34,109 bases of DNA from Candidatus Magasanikiibacteriota bacterium (GCA_943357105.1 CALRGC010000005.1:24310-58418); one strand, 5' to 3'. Positions 1 through 8,863 are shown, numbered from the stretch's first letter. Made by a program: numbers and translations. The notes: generated by a model from the letters alone, not told the origin.

Positions 1-269
1 TTGATATGGTATCAACTAAACTAGGAAACTCGAATGAAAACAAAAAAACTGCACGTCTTGGCTGCGGTGATGGCGATTATTTGCCGCTGGTAGAATATTT
101 GCAGAATCAGGGCAAACAGGTAGAAGTGATGGCTTTTGGTAATACTTCCTCCGGTCGTTTGCGTGAAGAAGCGGATGACTTTATTGATTTGGGTGGAGAA
201 GAAAAGCATAAATTTTTGATATTGGAAAGAATGGATAGAAAAATTTTTAATCCAAAATTTAAAAAATAA
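1..269 (+). CDS. NYN domain (LabA/DUF88) protein, C-terminal part; start uncertain at window edge
   Basis: GDGDYLPLVEYLQNQGKQVEV and SGRLREEADDFIDL match NYN/PIN C-terminal motifs; the residues upstream of GDGD look atypical. Confidence 0.75.
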   Translation, partial: DMVSTKLGNSNENKKTARLGCGDGDYLPLVEYLQNQGKQVEVMAFGNTSSGRLREEADDFIDLGGEEKHKFLILERMDRKIFNPKFKK

Positions 270-285
270 TTTAATTAATTTAGAC

Positions 286-337
286 GTTGGTTCAAGGACA
301 CATAGACCTTATTGAGGTCTCTAGCTCTTGAATCAGC
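286..337 (+). promoter_or_regulatory. Long stem-loop in pnp 5' leader (possible RNase III/autoregulatory hairpin)
   Basis: gttggttcaag pairs with cttgaatcagc, enclosing agacct-tattg-aggtct; ends 20 nt before the pnp ATG. Confidence 0.5.
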
Positions 338-357
338 TTCGGAAAGAAAAATACTGT

Positions 358-2568
358 ATGTCAGTAAAAAAATGGTCAATGCAGTGGGGTGGTAGGGAGC
401 TCACTGTGGAAACCGGCAAGCTCTCTTTACAAGCCAACGCATCCTGCGTAGTGCAGTATGGAGAAACCGTCATTATGGCGACCGCCACAATGAGCAAAAA
501 CACTCGTGATGGGATCGACTTTTTCCCACTCATGGTAAATTTTGAAGAAAAGTTGTACGCGGCTGGCAAGATCAAAGGCAGTCGCTTTATCAAACGCGAA
601 GGTCGCCCTACCGAAGAAGCGACTTTGTCTGGTCGCTTGGTGGATCGTTCTATCCGTCCTTTGTTTGATGAAAAAATGCGCAATGATACGCAAGTTATTT
701 TGACCGCTCTTTCTTATGACGGTGAAAATGATTCTCAGATTACCGCGCTCGTCGCCGCTTGTACCGTATTGTCTATTTCTTCCATTCCTTGGAAGGGTGG
801 GATTGCCGGTGTGCGCGTGGGTCGTGTGGATGGTGCTTTTAAAATCAACCCAACTTTGGCGGAACGTAAATTAAGTGATGTAGATATTGTCGTTGCCGGT
901 AACACCGAAAAATTAATTATGGTAGAAGCCGGTTGTAATGAATGTCCAGATGAGGATGTAGTGACGGCGATGAAATATGGTGGTCAACAACTTCAACCAC
1001 TTTTGGATTTTATTGCTAAAATTTCCGCGGAAGTTGGTCAACCAAAACAAGACATGAATGCCAACCTAAGTGAAAAGGAAACTGCTTTGCGCGCGCTTGA
1101 AAAAGAAGTGGAAGAATTTGTGGGATCAAAATCCGACGAATGGATTTTTGGCACTCCAAAAAAAGATCGCAAAGAACGCGTAGCGATGGTAGATAAATTT
1201 AGCGAAGCGATAGCCGAAATGCTTAAAGCCAAAGAAGTAGATGAAGGCATTCAAAAAATTATTTTGGGTCGCGTAAAAATTTACGTAGAAAAATATATTA
1301 CTTTACAAATTTTAAACAAAGATCAACGTCTGGATGGTCGCAGTTTATTTGATATTCGCGATCTATCTGTGGAAGTTGGTTTGTTACCTCGTACTCACGG
1401 TACTGGTTTATTCCAGCGCGGTGATACCCAGGTATTATCTGTAGTAACTCTAGGTGCTCCTGGTGATGTGCAGACACTCGATACGATGGAAGAAGAAGGT
1501 ACCAAACGCTACATGCACCACTATAGCGATACTCCCGCCACCTATGGTGAAACTGGTCCGCTACGTGGTCCAGGTAATCGCGCGATTGGTCATGGTGCGC
1601 TCGCTGAACGTGCACTTGAGCCAATGTTGCCAAGTGCCGAAGATTTTCCATACGCGATGCGTGTAGTATCTGAAGTTTTGGGCAGTAATGGTAGTAGCTC
1701 AATGGCCTCTACTTGTGGCTCTACTTTAGCTCTAATGGATGCTGGTGTACCTTTGAAAAAACCAGTGGCTGGTATTGCTATGGGATTGGCAAGCGACGAC
1801 AAGGGACGCTGGAAAGTTTTGACAGATTTACAGGATGTAGAAGATGGTCCAGGTGGAATGGATTTCAAAATTACTGGTACGCGCGATGGTGTTACGGCTA
1901 TCCAGATGGATACCAAGACTGATGGCTTGAACTGGGAAATTGTAGCTCAAACTTTCAAACAATCTCGCGAAGCGCGTTTGAAAATTTTGGATAAGATGGC
2001 GACGATTATTGCCCAGCCAAGAGCGGAGATGTCCAAATATGCTCCACGCATTGAAACTATCATGATCAATCCAGACAAGATTCGTGATGTGATTGGTCCA
2101 GGTGGTAAAATGATTAACAAAATTATCGCTGAAACCGGTGTTCAAATTGATATCGAAGATAGTGGTAAAGTGTTGGTCACTTCGAGCGATTCTGTTGGTA
2201 TGCAAAAAGCTAAGGATTGGATCAAACAACTCACTCACGAAGTCACAGCCGGTGAGGTCTATGAGGGCACGGTCGTGCGCTTGGAAGACTTTGGTGCTTT
2301 TATCAATATTTTACCTGGTCAAGACGGTATGGTGTACGTTTCCGATATTGCTTGGACTCGTACCAACAAACCATCCGATGTGATGAAGCTCGGTGATAAA
2401 ATAAAAGTGGTAGTAAAAGAAGTAGATGCGATGAACCGCGTGAACCTCAGTATGAAAGCTCTGACCGAAAAACCAGAAGGCTATGTTGAACAACCGCAAC
2501 GCGAACGCACCTTTGGTGGTGGCGGACGTAGCGGCGGTCGTGGTGGTTTCGGTGGACGCCGACCATAA
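358..2568 (+). CDS. pnp: Polyribonucleotide nucleotidyltransferase (PNPase)
   Basis: Two RNase PH domains (RSIRPLF, SNGSSSMAS, DFKITGT), KH (IRDVIGPGG) and S1 domains; ATG at 358 preferred over TTG at 328. Confidence 0.98.
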   Translation: MSVKKWSMQWGGRELTVETGKLSLQANASCVVQYGETVIMATATMSKNTRDGIDFFPLMVNFEEKLYAAGKIKGSRFIKREGRPTEEATLSGRLVDRSIRPLFDEKMRNDTQVILTALSYDGENDSQITALVAACTVLSISSIPWKGGIAGVRVGRVDGAFKINPTLAERKLSDVDIVVAGNTEKLIMVEAGCNECPDEDVVTAMKYGGQQLQPLLDFIAKISAEVGQPKQDMNANLSEKETALRALEKEVEEFVGSKSDEWIFGTPKKDRKERVAMVDKFSEAIAEMLKAKEVDEGIQKIILGRVKIYVEKYITLQILNKDQRLDGRSLFDIRDLSVEVGLLPRTHGTGLFQRGDTQVLSVVTLGAPGDVQTLDTMEEEGTKRYMHHYSDTPATYGETGPLRGPGNRAIGHGALAERALEPMLPSAEDFPYAMRVVSEVLGSNGSSSMASTCGSTLALMDAGVPLKKPVAGIAMGLASDDKGRWKVLTDLQDVEDGPGGMDFKITGTRDGVTAIQMDTKTDGLNWEIVAQTFKQSREARLKILDKMATIIAQPRAEMSKYAPRIETIMINPDKIRDVIGPGGKMINKIIAETGVQIDIEDSGKVLVTSSDSVGMQKAKDWIKQLTHEVTAGEVYEGTVVRLEDFGAFINILPGQDGMVYVSDIAWTRTNKPSDVMKLGDKIKVVVKEVDAMNRVNLSMKALTEKPEGYVEQPQRERTFGGGGRSGGRGGFGGRRP

Positions 2569-2573
2569 AAATT

Positions 2574-3515
2574 ATGAACAAACGTCTTGTCATTGCCGTT
2601 GGTGGCAATGCTCTGATTGCGGATAAAGATCGCCAAAGTGAAGCGGATCAAAATGAACAAGTAAAAAAAACTTGCGCCCATATTATTCCTCTAATTCAAG
2701 CCGGTCATGAAGTGGTTATCACTCATGGTAATGGCCCGCAAGTCGGTTTTATTTTACAGCGTTCAGAAATGTGTGCGGAAAAATTAGCGCGCGTTCCTAT
2801 TGATACCGCCGGAGCGCAAACTCAAGGAGCTATAGGTTATTATTTTGTACAAAATTTAAAAAATTTATTACAAAGTAATCAATTAAAAAATTCCGTCTGT
2901 GCGCTTGTTACTCAAACTCTAGTAAATAAAAATGACGAATCTTTTCAAAAGCCAAGCAAACCAATTGGTTCTTTTTGGTCGCAAGCGGAAGCTCTGCAAA
3001 TACAAGAACAGTATGGTTGGACGATGAAAGAAGACGCTGGTCGCGGATATCGCCGGGTAGTGCCTTCACCATTGCCAGTAGAGATTTTAGAAAAAGACAT
3101 AATCAAAAAATTATTAGCTGATAAAATAATTGTGATTGCTGGCGGTGGCGGTGGGGTGCCGGTCATCAAAGATGATCAGGGACAATTACATGGAGTAGAA
3201 GCGGTAATAGATAAAGATCGTGGTTCAGCTCATTTGGCCAATGAAATCAAAGCCGATACGCTTATTATTGCCACAGCCGTGGATTTTGTCTATGTTAATT
3301 TTAATAAAGATAATCAGAAAAAATTGGAACAGGTAACGGTGGCTGAATTAAAAGATTATATTGATCAAGGTCAATTTGCCAGCGGTTCAATGTTGCCAAA
3401 AATTGAAGCCGTAATTCAGTTCTTGGAAAATGGCGGCAAAGAAGCTATAATTACTTCACCAGAAATGCTTACTTTGGCTTTGAATGGCCAAGGTGGTACT
3501 CATATTATTAAATAA
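2574..3515 (+). CDS. arcC: Carbamate kinase
   Basis: VGGNAL, THGNGPQVG, KPIG, GYRRVVPSP, EAVIDKD, GSMLPK motifs. Confidence 0.96.
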   Translation: MNKRLVIAVGGNALIADKDRQSEADQNEQVKKTCAHIIPLIQAGHEVVITHGNGPQVGFILQRSEMCAEKLARVPIDTAGAQTQGAIGYYFVQNLKNLLQSNQLKNSVCALVTQTLVNKNDESFQKPSKPIGSFWSQAEALQIQEQYGWTMKEDAGRGYRRVVPSPLPVEILEKDIIKKLLADKIIVIAGGGGGVPVIKDDQGQLHGVEAVIDKDRGSAHLANEIKADTLIIATAVDFVYVNFNKDNQKKLEQVTVAELKDYIDQGQFASGSMLPKIEAVIQFLENGGKEAIITSPEMLTLALNGQGGTHIIK

Positions 3516-3526
3516 TTTTTTAATTT

Positions 3527-4474
3527 ATGCGTCATTTAATTTCGCTCAAGGAACAAAGCAAAGAAGACATTTTAAAAATTTTAGACCTGGCTCAGAAAAT
3601 TAAAGCTAAACGTAATGCCGGAGAATTGACCAACTACCTTACCAATAAAACTTTGGTGATGTTGTTTCAAAAAACTTCCACCCGCACTCGTTTGTCTTTT
3701 GAAAGTGGTATGACTGAGCTCGGTGGTCACGGCATTTTTTTGGACGCTCGTACCTCTCAGCTCGGCTTGTCGGATTTTGGCGATGAGATTCAGGCCATAA
3801 TGCGTTTTGGACAAGTTTTGATGTTCCGCGCGCTCAAAGCCGACGATGTGATTAAGGCCGCTTCGTACAATAGAATTCCGGTTATTGACGCCTGCAGTGA
3901 AAAATATCACCCGGCCCAGGCATTGAGCGACCTTCTGACTATGGCCGAAAAATCTGGCGGTATTGAGAATGTTAAAAAAATTACTTGGCTTGGAGTAGAA
4001 AATAATGTGTCCAATACTCTAATGTTGGCCTGCGTCAAGTTGGGTATTAAAGTAGCGATTGCCGCGCCAGAAGCAAATATCCAGAGTGTTGACGCTGAAT
4101 TAAATGCCATGGTCGAATCTACTGGCTTGGTAACACGCACCACTGATTTGGCTCAAGCGCTCCAAGATACTGACTTTGTCCATACCGATACCTGGATGGA
4201 TATGGAATTTTTTGAAAATGGCCAAGTGAAGGCGAGTTTTCAAGCGGAATATGAACGTCGCAAAGCTACTTTTATGCCATTTCAGCTCAACGCCAATTTA
4301 ATAAATACCTACGCGCCCAAGGCAAAAATAATGCACTGCATGCCGTGCCATGTTGGTTATGAAATTTCCCGCGACGCGATTGATCATCCGAGTGCCGTGA
4401 TTTTTGATCAAGCCGAAAATCGTTTGCATATGCAAAAGGCGATGATCATGTGGTTGCTCGAAAAAGAAGTTTAA
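3527..4474 (+). CDS. Ornithine carbamoyltransferase-family transcarbamylase (acceptor uncertain)
   Basis: FQKTSTRT, HPAQALSD, HCMP, FDQAENRLH; the SMG loop is replaced by DTWMDME. Confidence 0.85.
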   Translation: MRHLISLKEQSKEDILKILDLAQKIKAKRNAGELTNYLTNKTLVMLFQKTSTRTRLSFESGMTELGGHGIFLDARTSQLGLSDFGDEIQAIMRFGQVLMFRALKADDVIKAASYNRIPVIDACSEKYHPAQALSDLLTMAEKSGGIENVKKITWLGVENNVSNTLMLACVKLGIKVAIAAPEANIQSVDAELNAMVESTGLVTRTTDLAQALQDTDFVHTDTWMDMEFFENGQVKASFQAEYERRKATFMPFQLNANLINTYAPKAKIMHCMPCHVGYEISRDAIDHPSAVIFDQAENRLHMQKAMIMWLLEKEV

Positions 4475-4529
4475 AAAACAAAAAAGATAGCTGGTATATA
4501 TTTTTTGTTTGTTTTAACCCCAAAAACCC

Positions 4530-4558
4530 TTGACAAAACTCGATTTTTGTGCTATTAT
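4530..4558 (+). promoter_or_regulatory. Sigma70-type promoter of the polyamine operon
   Basis: TTGACA-N17-TATTAT with extended -10 TG. Confidence 0.7.
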
Positions 4559-4692
4559 ATAGGGGTAAAATTATTTTTTATCCCAAAATTGGATGGCTAT
4601 GACAACTAGCCCGCTACCATTTTTAGAAAAAATCAAATAATTTCAAGCAGAACTTCCTCGCTAGGTGGTTTTTCTTTTTAATAATATTTAAC

Positions 4693-5856
4693 ATGAAGAA
4701 AAAAACTCCAAAACAAAGTAAAGGCGGTGAATCTTACTTTAAAGATTTGTTGACTGTTAATTTTGACCAGGCCAGGGCTTTGGTGAAACGCCATGGTAGC
4801 CCGTTGTTGGTGTTATCACGTCAACGCGTGCGTGATAGTTTTGCCGCTTTACAGCGTGCTTTGCCTAATGTGCAAATTTTTTATGCTATTAAGTCCAACC
4901 ACAATTCAGAGATTTTAAAAACCCTTAAACAAGCCGGCGCCAGTTTTGAAGTGGCTTCATTTGGTGAGTTGAAAATGGTCATGAAAATTGGAATCAATCC
5001 AAAAGATGTTTTGAATACCCAACCGTTTTTGAGCGAAAAGGATTTTGCCGAATGTTATAAAGCTGGACAACGCTGGTTTATTTTTGACAATCTTGACCAG
5101 CTCAAACGTCTTACCAGCAAGACCAACGATATTGATTTATTGTTGCGTTTAAGTTTTCCAAATCGCAATTGTCAGGTAGATTTATCCTATAAATTTGGTG
5201 CCACTATCAAAGAAGCCGAAGCGCTAATTAAAGCCGCACATGATACTGGCGCCCGTGTTCACGGTGTGAGTTTCCATGTGGGTTCACAATCTTACACCAC
5301 CAAAAATTATATCAAAGCCCTAAAAGCCGTGCGTAAACTTTTTGATAAAATGCAGACTCAGGGAATTATGCTTGATAGTATTGATATGGGTGGTGGTTTT
5401 CCTGTGCCTTACACCAAAGCTCTACCGCCAATTGAACGCTTCGCCGCTCCAATTCGCCGCAAATTGGTGGAGCTTTTTCCCGGTATGAAAATTTCTGCCG
5501 AGCCGGGTCGTTTTATTTGCGGTCTTACCCAAAGTTTAATTGTGAAAGTAAACGGCAAAAATGTTCGTCGCGGCGTACCGTGGTATTATTTGGATGATGG
5601 TGTTTATAATTCTTTTTCCGGTAAAGTTTATGATCATTGTGAATATAGAATTCTTACCGAAAAAACCGGCACTCCAATCAAAAGTGTTTTAGCCGGTCCA
5701 ACTTGCGACTCCTTTGATATTGTGGCTGAAGATATTGCCTTGCCGCACCTTGATATTGGTGATATTATTTTAGTGCCGGCAATGGGTGCTTATACCAATG
5801 TTTCATCCACTACTTATAATGGTTTTGATCAGGCAAAAATTATTACTATTGATTAA
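4693..5856 (+). CDS. PLP-dependent ornithine/lysine decarboxylase (alanine racemase fold, type III)
   Basis: FYAIKSN (PLP Lys), KFGA, SFHVGSQ, DMGGGFP, AEPGRF, GPTCDSFD, MGAYT. Confidence 0.93.
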   Translation: MKKKTPKQSKGGESYFKDLLTVNFDQARALVKRHGSPLLVLSRQRVRDSFAALQRALPNVQIFYAIKSNHNSEILKTLKQAGASFEVASFGELKMVMKIGINPKDVLNTQPFLSEKDFAECYKAGQRWFIFDNLDQLKRLTSKTNDIDLLLRLSFPNRNCQVDLSYKFGATIKEAEALIKAAHDTGARVHGVSFHVGSQSYTTKNYIKALKAVRKLFDKMQTQGIMLDSIDMGGGFPVPYTKALPPIERFAAPIRRKLVELFPGMKISAEPGRFICGLTQSLIVKVNGKNVRRGVPWYYLDDGVYNSFSGKVYDHCEYRILTEKTGTPIKSVLAGPTCDSFDIVAEDIALPHLDIGDIILVPAMGAYTNVSSTTYNGFDQAKIITID

Positions 5857-5872
5857 TTTAATTTAGAAATAT

Positions 5873-6760
5873 ATGGCTAAAGAATATACTTACGAATATC
5901 ACGCGGTTGGAGATAAAATGGAAGGCAAAGGTGTAAAATTTGATTATGTTTTTGGTTTTGCTTTTGACAAAATTTTATACACCGGTCAGACCAAATATCA
6001 AAAGATTGAATTGTTTGAAACTCCGCTTTTTGGCAAAATGTTGAAATTGGATGGCCAATTTCAAACATCAGAAAAAGATGAATTTTTTTATCATGAAATG
6101 CAGGTGCACGTGCCACTGTGCGCCCACCCAAAACCAGAAAATGTTTTGATTATAGGCGCTGGTGATGGTGGTATTTTGAAGAATGTTTTAATGCATAAAA
6201 CCGTAAAGAAAGCCGTGATGGTGGAAATTGATGCCGGGGTAGTAGAATTTTCCATGAAGTATTTGAAGTCAGTTTGTGGTAACGCTTTCAAAGATAAACG
6301 TGCTCATGTAATAATTGGTGATGGCAAGCGATATGTCGAAGAGACTCAGGAAAAATTTGATGTGGTAATTTTGGATCTTACCGATCCGATGGGTCCGTCC
6401 AAAGCTCTTTACACTAAAGAATTTTATCAAAGTGTTTCCAAATTATTGAATAAAAATGGTATTGTGCAATTACATATTGAACTTTGTGTTACCAGACCAA
6501 AGATTTCTAAGATGGTTTATGATCGTTTGGCTTCGGTATTTAAATATACCGCGCCATCCGCTTCCTATGTGCCATTATATGGTGGCTTGATGTCTTTCTG
6601 TACCAACAGTCAAGATTTTGATGCTTCCCAAGTAAACGCTAAAGTCATTGAAAAACGCCTCAAAGAACGTGGTGTGAAAAATTTAAATTTATATAATGGT
6701 GAATTTCACGAAGGCGTATTCAAGCTACCAAACTTTTTGAAAAAATTATATGGAAGATAA
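5873..6760 (+). CDS. speE: Spermidine synthase / polyamine aminopropyltransferase
   Basis: YQKI, LDGQFQ, DEFFYHEM, GAGDGG, VEID, DVVILDLTDP. Confidence 0.95.
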   Translation: MAKEYTYEYHAVGDKMEGKGVKFDYVFGFAFDKILYTGQTKYQKIELFETPLFGKMLKLDGQFQTSEKDEFFYHEMQVHVPLCAHPKPENVLIIGAGDGGILKNVLMHKTVKKAVMVEIDAGVVEFSMKYLKSVCGNAFKDKRAHVIIGDGKRYVEETQEKFDVVILDLTDPMGPSKALYTKEFYQSVSKLLNKNGIVQLHIELCVTRPKISKMVYDRLASVFKYTAPSASYVPLYGGLMSFCTNSQDFDASQVNAKVIEKRLKERGVKNLNLYNGEFHEGVFKLPNFLKKLYGR

Positions 6761-7817
6761 AGCCAAAAATAAAGTACGTAAAGCTGGGCGTAGCTATAAA
6801 GTGGGGCGAGAGATGATCGCCGATATGCGCAATTGTGATCCGCGCGTGATTGATGACGAGCAATTGCTTAAACGTCTGGTGCAGGAAGCCATTCGTACCA
6901 CCAAACATCACCTCTTGGATATTGTGGTGCGAAAATTTGAACCGATCGGTGTCACGGTTTTAGCCTTACTCGCCGAAAGTCATTTGAGTTTGCATAGTTA
7001 CCCGGAGTTTGGTTATGTAGCGGTAGATGTTTTTACTTGTGGTAAAAATAAACCGGAGCCAATCTTGGAATATTTGCAGGAAAAATTTGGCGCCAAAGAA
7101 GTGCATTGGGAATATATCCGTCGTGGTACGATGAAACAGTGGAAATCTATCTATGAAAGCGAAGGCTATAAACGTCAAATTGAAGTGATAAAGACTTTGC
7201 ATACGCGCGTCACTCCTTTTCAAAAATTGGAAGTGGTACGTGCCAAAAAATTGGGTATTTGTCTATTTGCCAACGATGTCTTGCAGATGACTTCGTATGA
7301 TTCGGATATTTATGATCAGCAAATTTTGAAAAAATTGGGCAAAGCTAAAAGCGTGTTGATAGTAGGTGGTGGCGATTGTTCAATTTTGAAACAGATTGTG
7401 AAGATAAAACAGCTCAAAGAGATTTATATGTTTGAGCAGGATCAGCAGGTGGTGGAAATTGCCCGTAAATATTTGGGCGCCAGCGCCGCTTTGCGCGATC
7501 CACGTCTGAAGATGTTTTATGGGGACGCGACCGACTCCATCCCATATTTGAAGGATAAGAAGATTGATTACGCCGTATTTGATATTATCAATTATCCCGA
7601 TAACAAAGCGCGCGCTTTTTACAATACTCTATTTGAGAAGTTAGCGGCGATAAATGTGGCGGCTTTTGCCACTCAGGCCGGACACGTGACCGATACAAAA
7701 GAGAAGAATTTAATTTTAACGGCCGCGAAAAAATATTTTAAAAATGTGGAAACGGAAGAAAAATATATTTTTTCCAACGGGATGTTAAATTTCGTTTACG
7801 GAAATAATGTAAAATAA
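6750..7817 (+). CDS. speD: Pyruvoyl-dependent SAM decarboxylase domain fused to a divergent aminopropyltransferase-like domain
   Basis: N-terminal LAESHLSLHSYPE...VDVFTCG (self-cleavage E|S); C-terminal TPFQK, VGGGD, EQD, DPRL, GDA. Confidence 0.88.
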   Translation: MEDKAKNKVRKAGRSYKVGREMIADMRNCDPRVIDDEQLLKRLVQEAIRTTKHHLLDIVVRKFEPIGVTVLALLAESHLSLHSYPEFGYVAVDVFTCGKNKPEPILEYLQEKFGAKEVHWEYIRRGTMKQWKSIYESEGYKRQIEVIKTLHTRVTPFQKLEVVRAKKLGICLFANDVLQMTSYDSDIYDQQILKKLGKAKSVLIVGGGDCSILKQIVKIKQLKEIYMFEQDQQVVEIARKYLGASAALRDPRLKMFYGDATDSIPYLKDKKIDYAVFDIINYPDNKARAFYNTLFEKLAAINVAAFATQAGHVTDTKEKNLILTAAKKYFKNVETEEKYIFSNGMLNFVYGNNVK

Positions 7818-7825
7818 TTTAAATT

Positions 7826-7859
7826 AAACAAGAGTCCAAATTTGGACTCTTGTTTTTTT
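7826..7859 (+). terminator. Intrinsic terminator after the polyamine operon
   Basis: aaacaagagtcca/tggactcttgttt inverted repeat followed by a T tract. Confidence 0.85.
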
Positions 7860-7890
7860 ATTTTGATTGTGGTTAAATAAGGCCAATCAA

Positions 7891-7976
7891 GCCGGGGTGG
7901 CGAAACGGTAGACGCAACAGTCTTAGAAGCTGTCGGGAGCGATCCCATGGAGGTTCAAGTCCTCTCCCCGGCACCA
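7891..7976 (+). tRNA. tRNA-Leu (anticodon TAG)
   Basis: Acceptor stem gccgggg/ccccggc, anticodon loop cttagaa, long variable arm, GTTCAA T-loop, encoded CCA. Confidence 0.96.
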
Positions 7977-7979
7977 ATT

Positions 7980-8008
7980 TACAGAAGCTTTTTGGCTTCT
8001 GTATTTTT
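7980..8008. terminator. Hairpin terminator between the convergent tRNA and SMR genes
   Basis: tacagaagc/gcttctgta followed by a T tract. Confidence 0.6.
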
Positions 8009-8321
8009 ATTTTATTTCAATTATTATCAAGCCAACTAGAATGATAATCAGACCAATTATCTGTTGAGTATTAAGTGATTCTTTGAAGATTAAATAACCG
8101 GTAATGGTAATAAGGATAGTTGAGGTCGCTACCCAAACAGCGTTGGCAATGCCCGAAGGCGCATAGGCAGTAGAACGGGCAAAAATTATTGGCATCAGAC
8201 AAAAAAGGACTATGGCCGCCCCTAGCCATTGCCAGCGCTGGCTTATTTGCCATTGTCTAGAAAAGGAAATCGCGAAAACATCAATTGTTGATAGTACTAG
8301 GATATATAGAAAAAATTGCAT
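8007..8321 (-). CDS. SMR/DMT-family small four-TM transporter
   Basis: 104 aa, four hydrophobic segments, GIANAVW, FKESL, IGLIIILVG; acidic residue D14 in TM1; own promoter TTGCGA-N17-TATAAT at 8371-8343. Confidence 0.8.
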   Translation of the reverse strand: MQFFLYILVLSTIDVFAISFSRQWQISQRWQWLGAAIVLFCLMPIIFARSTAYAPSGIANAVWVATSTILITITGYLIFKESLNTQQIIGLIIILVGLIIIEIK

Positions 8322-8493
8322 ATTTTATTTTCATTTTAAACGATTATATCATTTTCTAAATAAATTCGCAATTTAATTATTTATGTAAAAAATAAAATAT
8401 CTTTTTTAAGATATTTTTAATTTATAAGTGGGTGCCCGAGCGCCCACTATGGACAGAGCCATAGAGAACGCGCGGGGTTTGACCTTGTGCCGA

Positions 8494-8718
8494 TCAGCCG
8501 ACGCACAGGTGTGCGCTACCGGGGCCGACTTGGCCACTGTAGCAGAAGGTGGCGGTGTCGTTTCCGCCGTCCACCAACAGTGGCACCGGGCCGATGCTAC
8601 GCGAGTCTTTGCAGCGCCGGCAATCGCAATCGCGATCGCCGACCTGCTTGTCGGTCTTGTGCTTGCAGTTGGGGCAAGTTTTTTCCTCAGTCTGACACTG
8701 GCATGCGGGGCAGATCAT
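8494..8718 (-). CDS. Orphan Cys-rich microprotein (74 aa, 10 Cys, zinc-ribbon-like) in a GC-rich patch
   Basis: AAAGGAGG SD 4 nt before the ATG; CPAC...CPNC...CDCRRC; upstream promoter. Confidence 0.65.
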   Translation of the reverse strand: MICPACQCQTEEKTCPNCKHKTDKQVGDRDCDCRRCKDSRSIGPVPLLVDGGNDTATFCYSGQVGPGSAHLCVG

Positions 8719-8762
8719 GGCCCCTCCTTTGAAACTCTCGCCACATCCGGCAAGGTGCCACG

Positions 8763-8828
8763 AATATATCATATTTTACTTTAAAAGTCAATGGTTTTCT
8801 TGCAAATTTTATGGCGATAAGATATTAT
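8763..8828. promoter_or_regulatory. Back-to-back divergent promoters (orphan on minus strand, transaldolase on plus)
   Basis: Minus TTGACT(8791-8786)-N17-TATATT(8768-8763); plus TTGCAA(8800-8805)-N17-TATTAT(8823-8828). Confidence 0.6.
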
Positions 8829-8863
8829 TTAGTTATTAAAAATAGTAATATTATCAACTCAAT

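Noticed and set aside
6-41. CRISPR-repeat-like 36-mer ending in AATGAAAAC
   Set aside because: Single copy, no spacer array or cas genes, and in frame with the NYN ORF at the window edge
328-357. TTG-initiated N-terminal extension of pnp
   Set aside because: Lies in the leader hairpin; PNPase-like sequence begins at the ATG at 358
8494-8496. Genome-wide TGA reassignment (code 25)
   Set aside because: TGA cleanly ends the TrmB and LAGLIDADG ORFs, and conserved genes have no internal TGA
8428-8784. Plus-strand 118-aa and 81-aa ORFs in the GC-rich patch
   Set aside because: No SD or promoter; the promoter, SD and Cys pattern all support the minus frame
7950-8860. Integrative element at tRNA-Leu
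   Set aside because: No integrase and no duplicated tRNA 3' end found by eye
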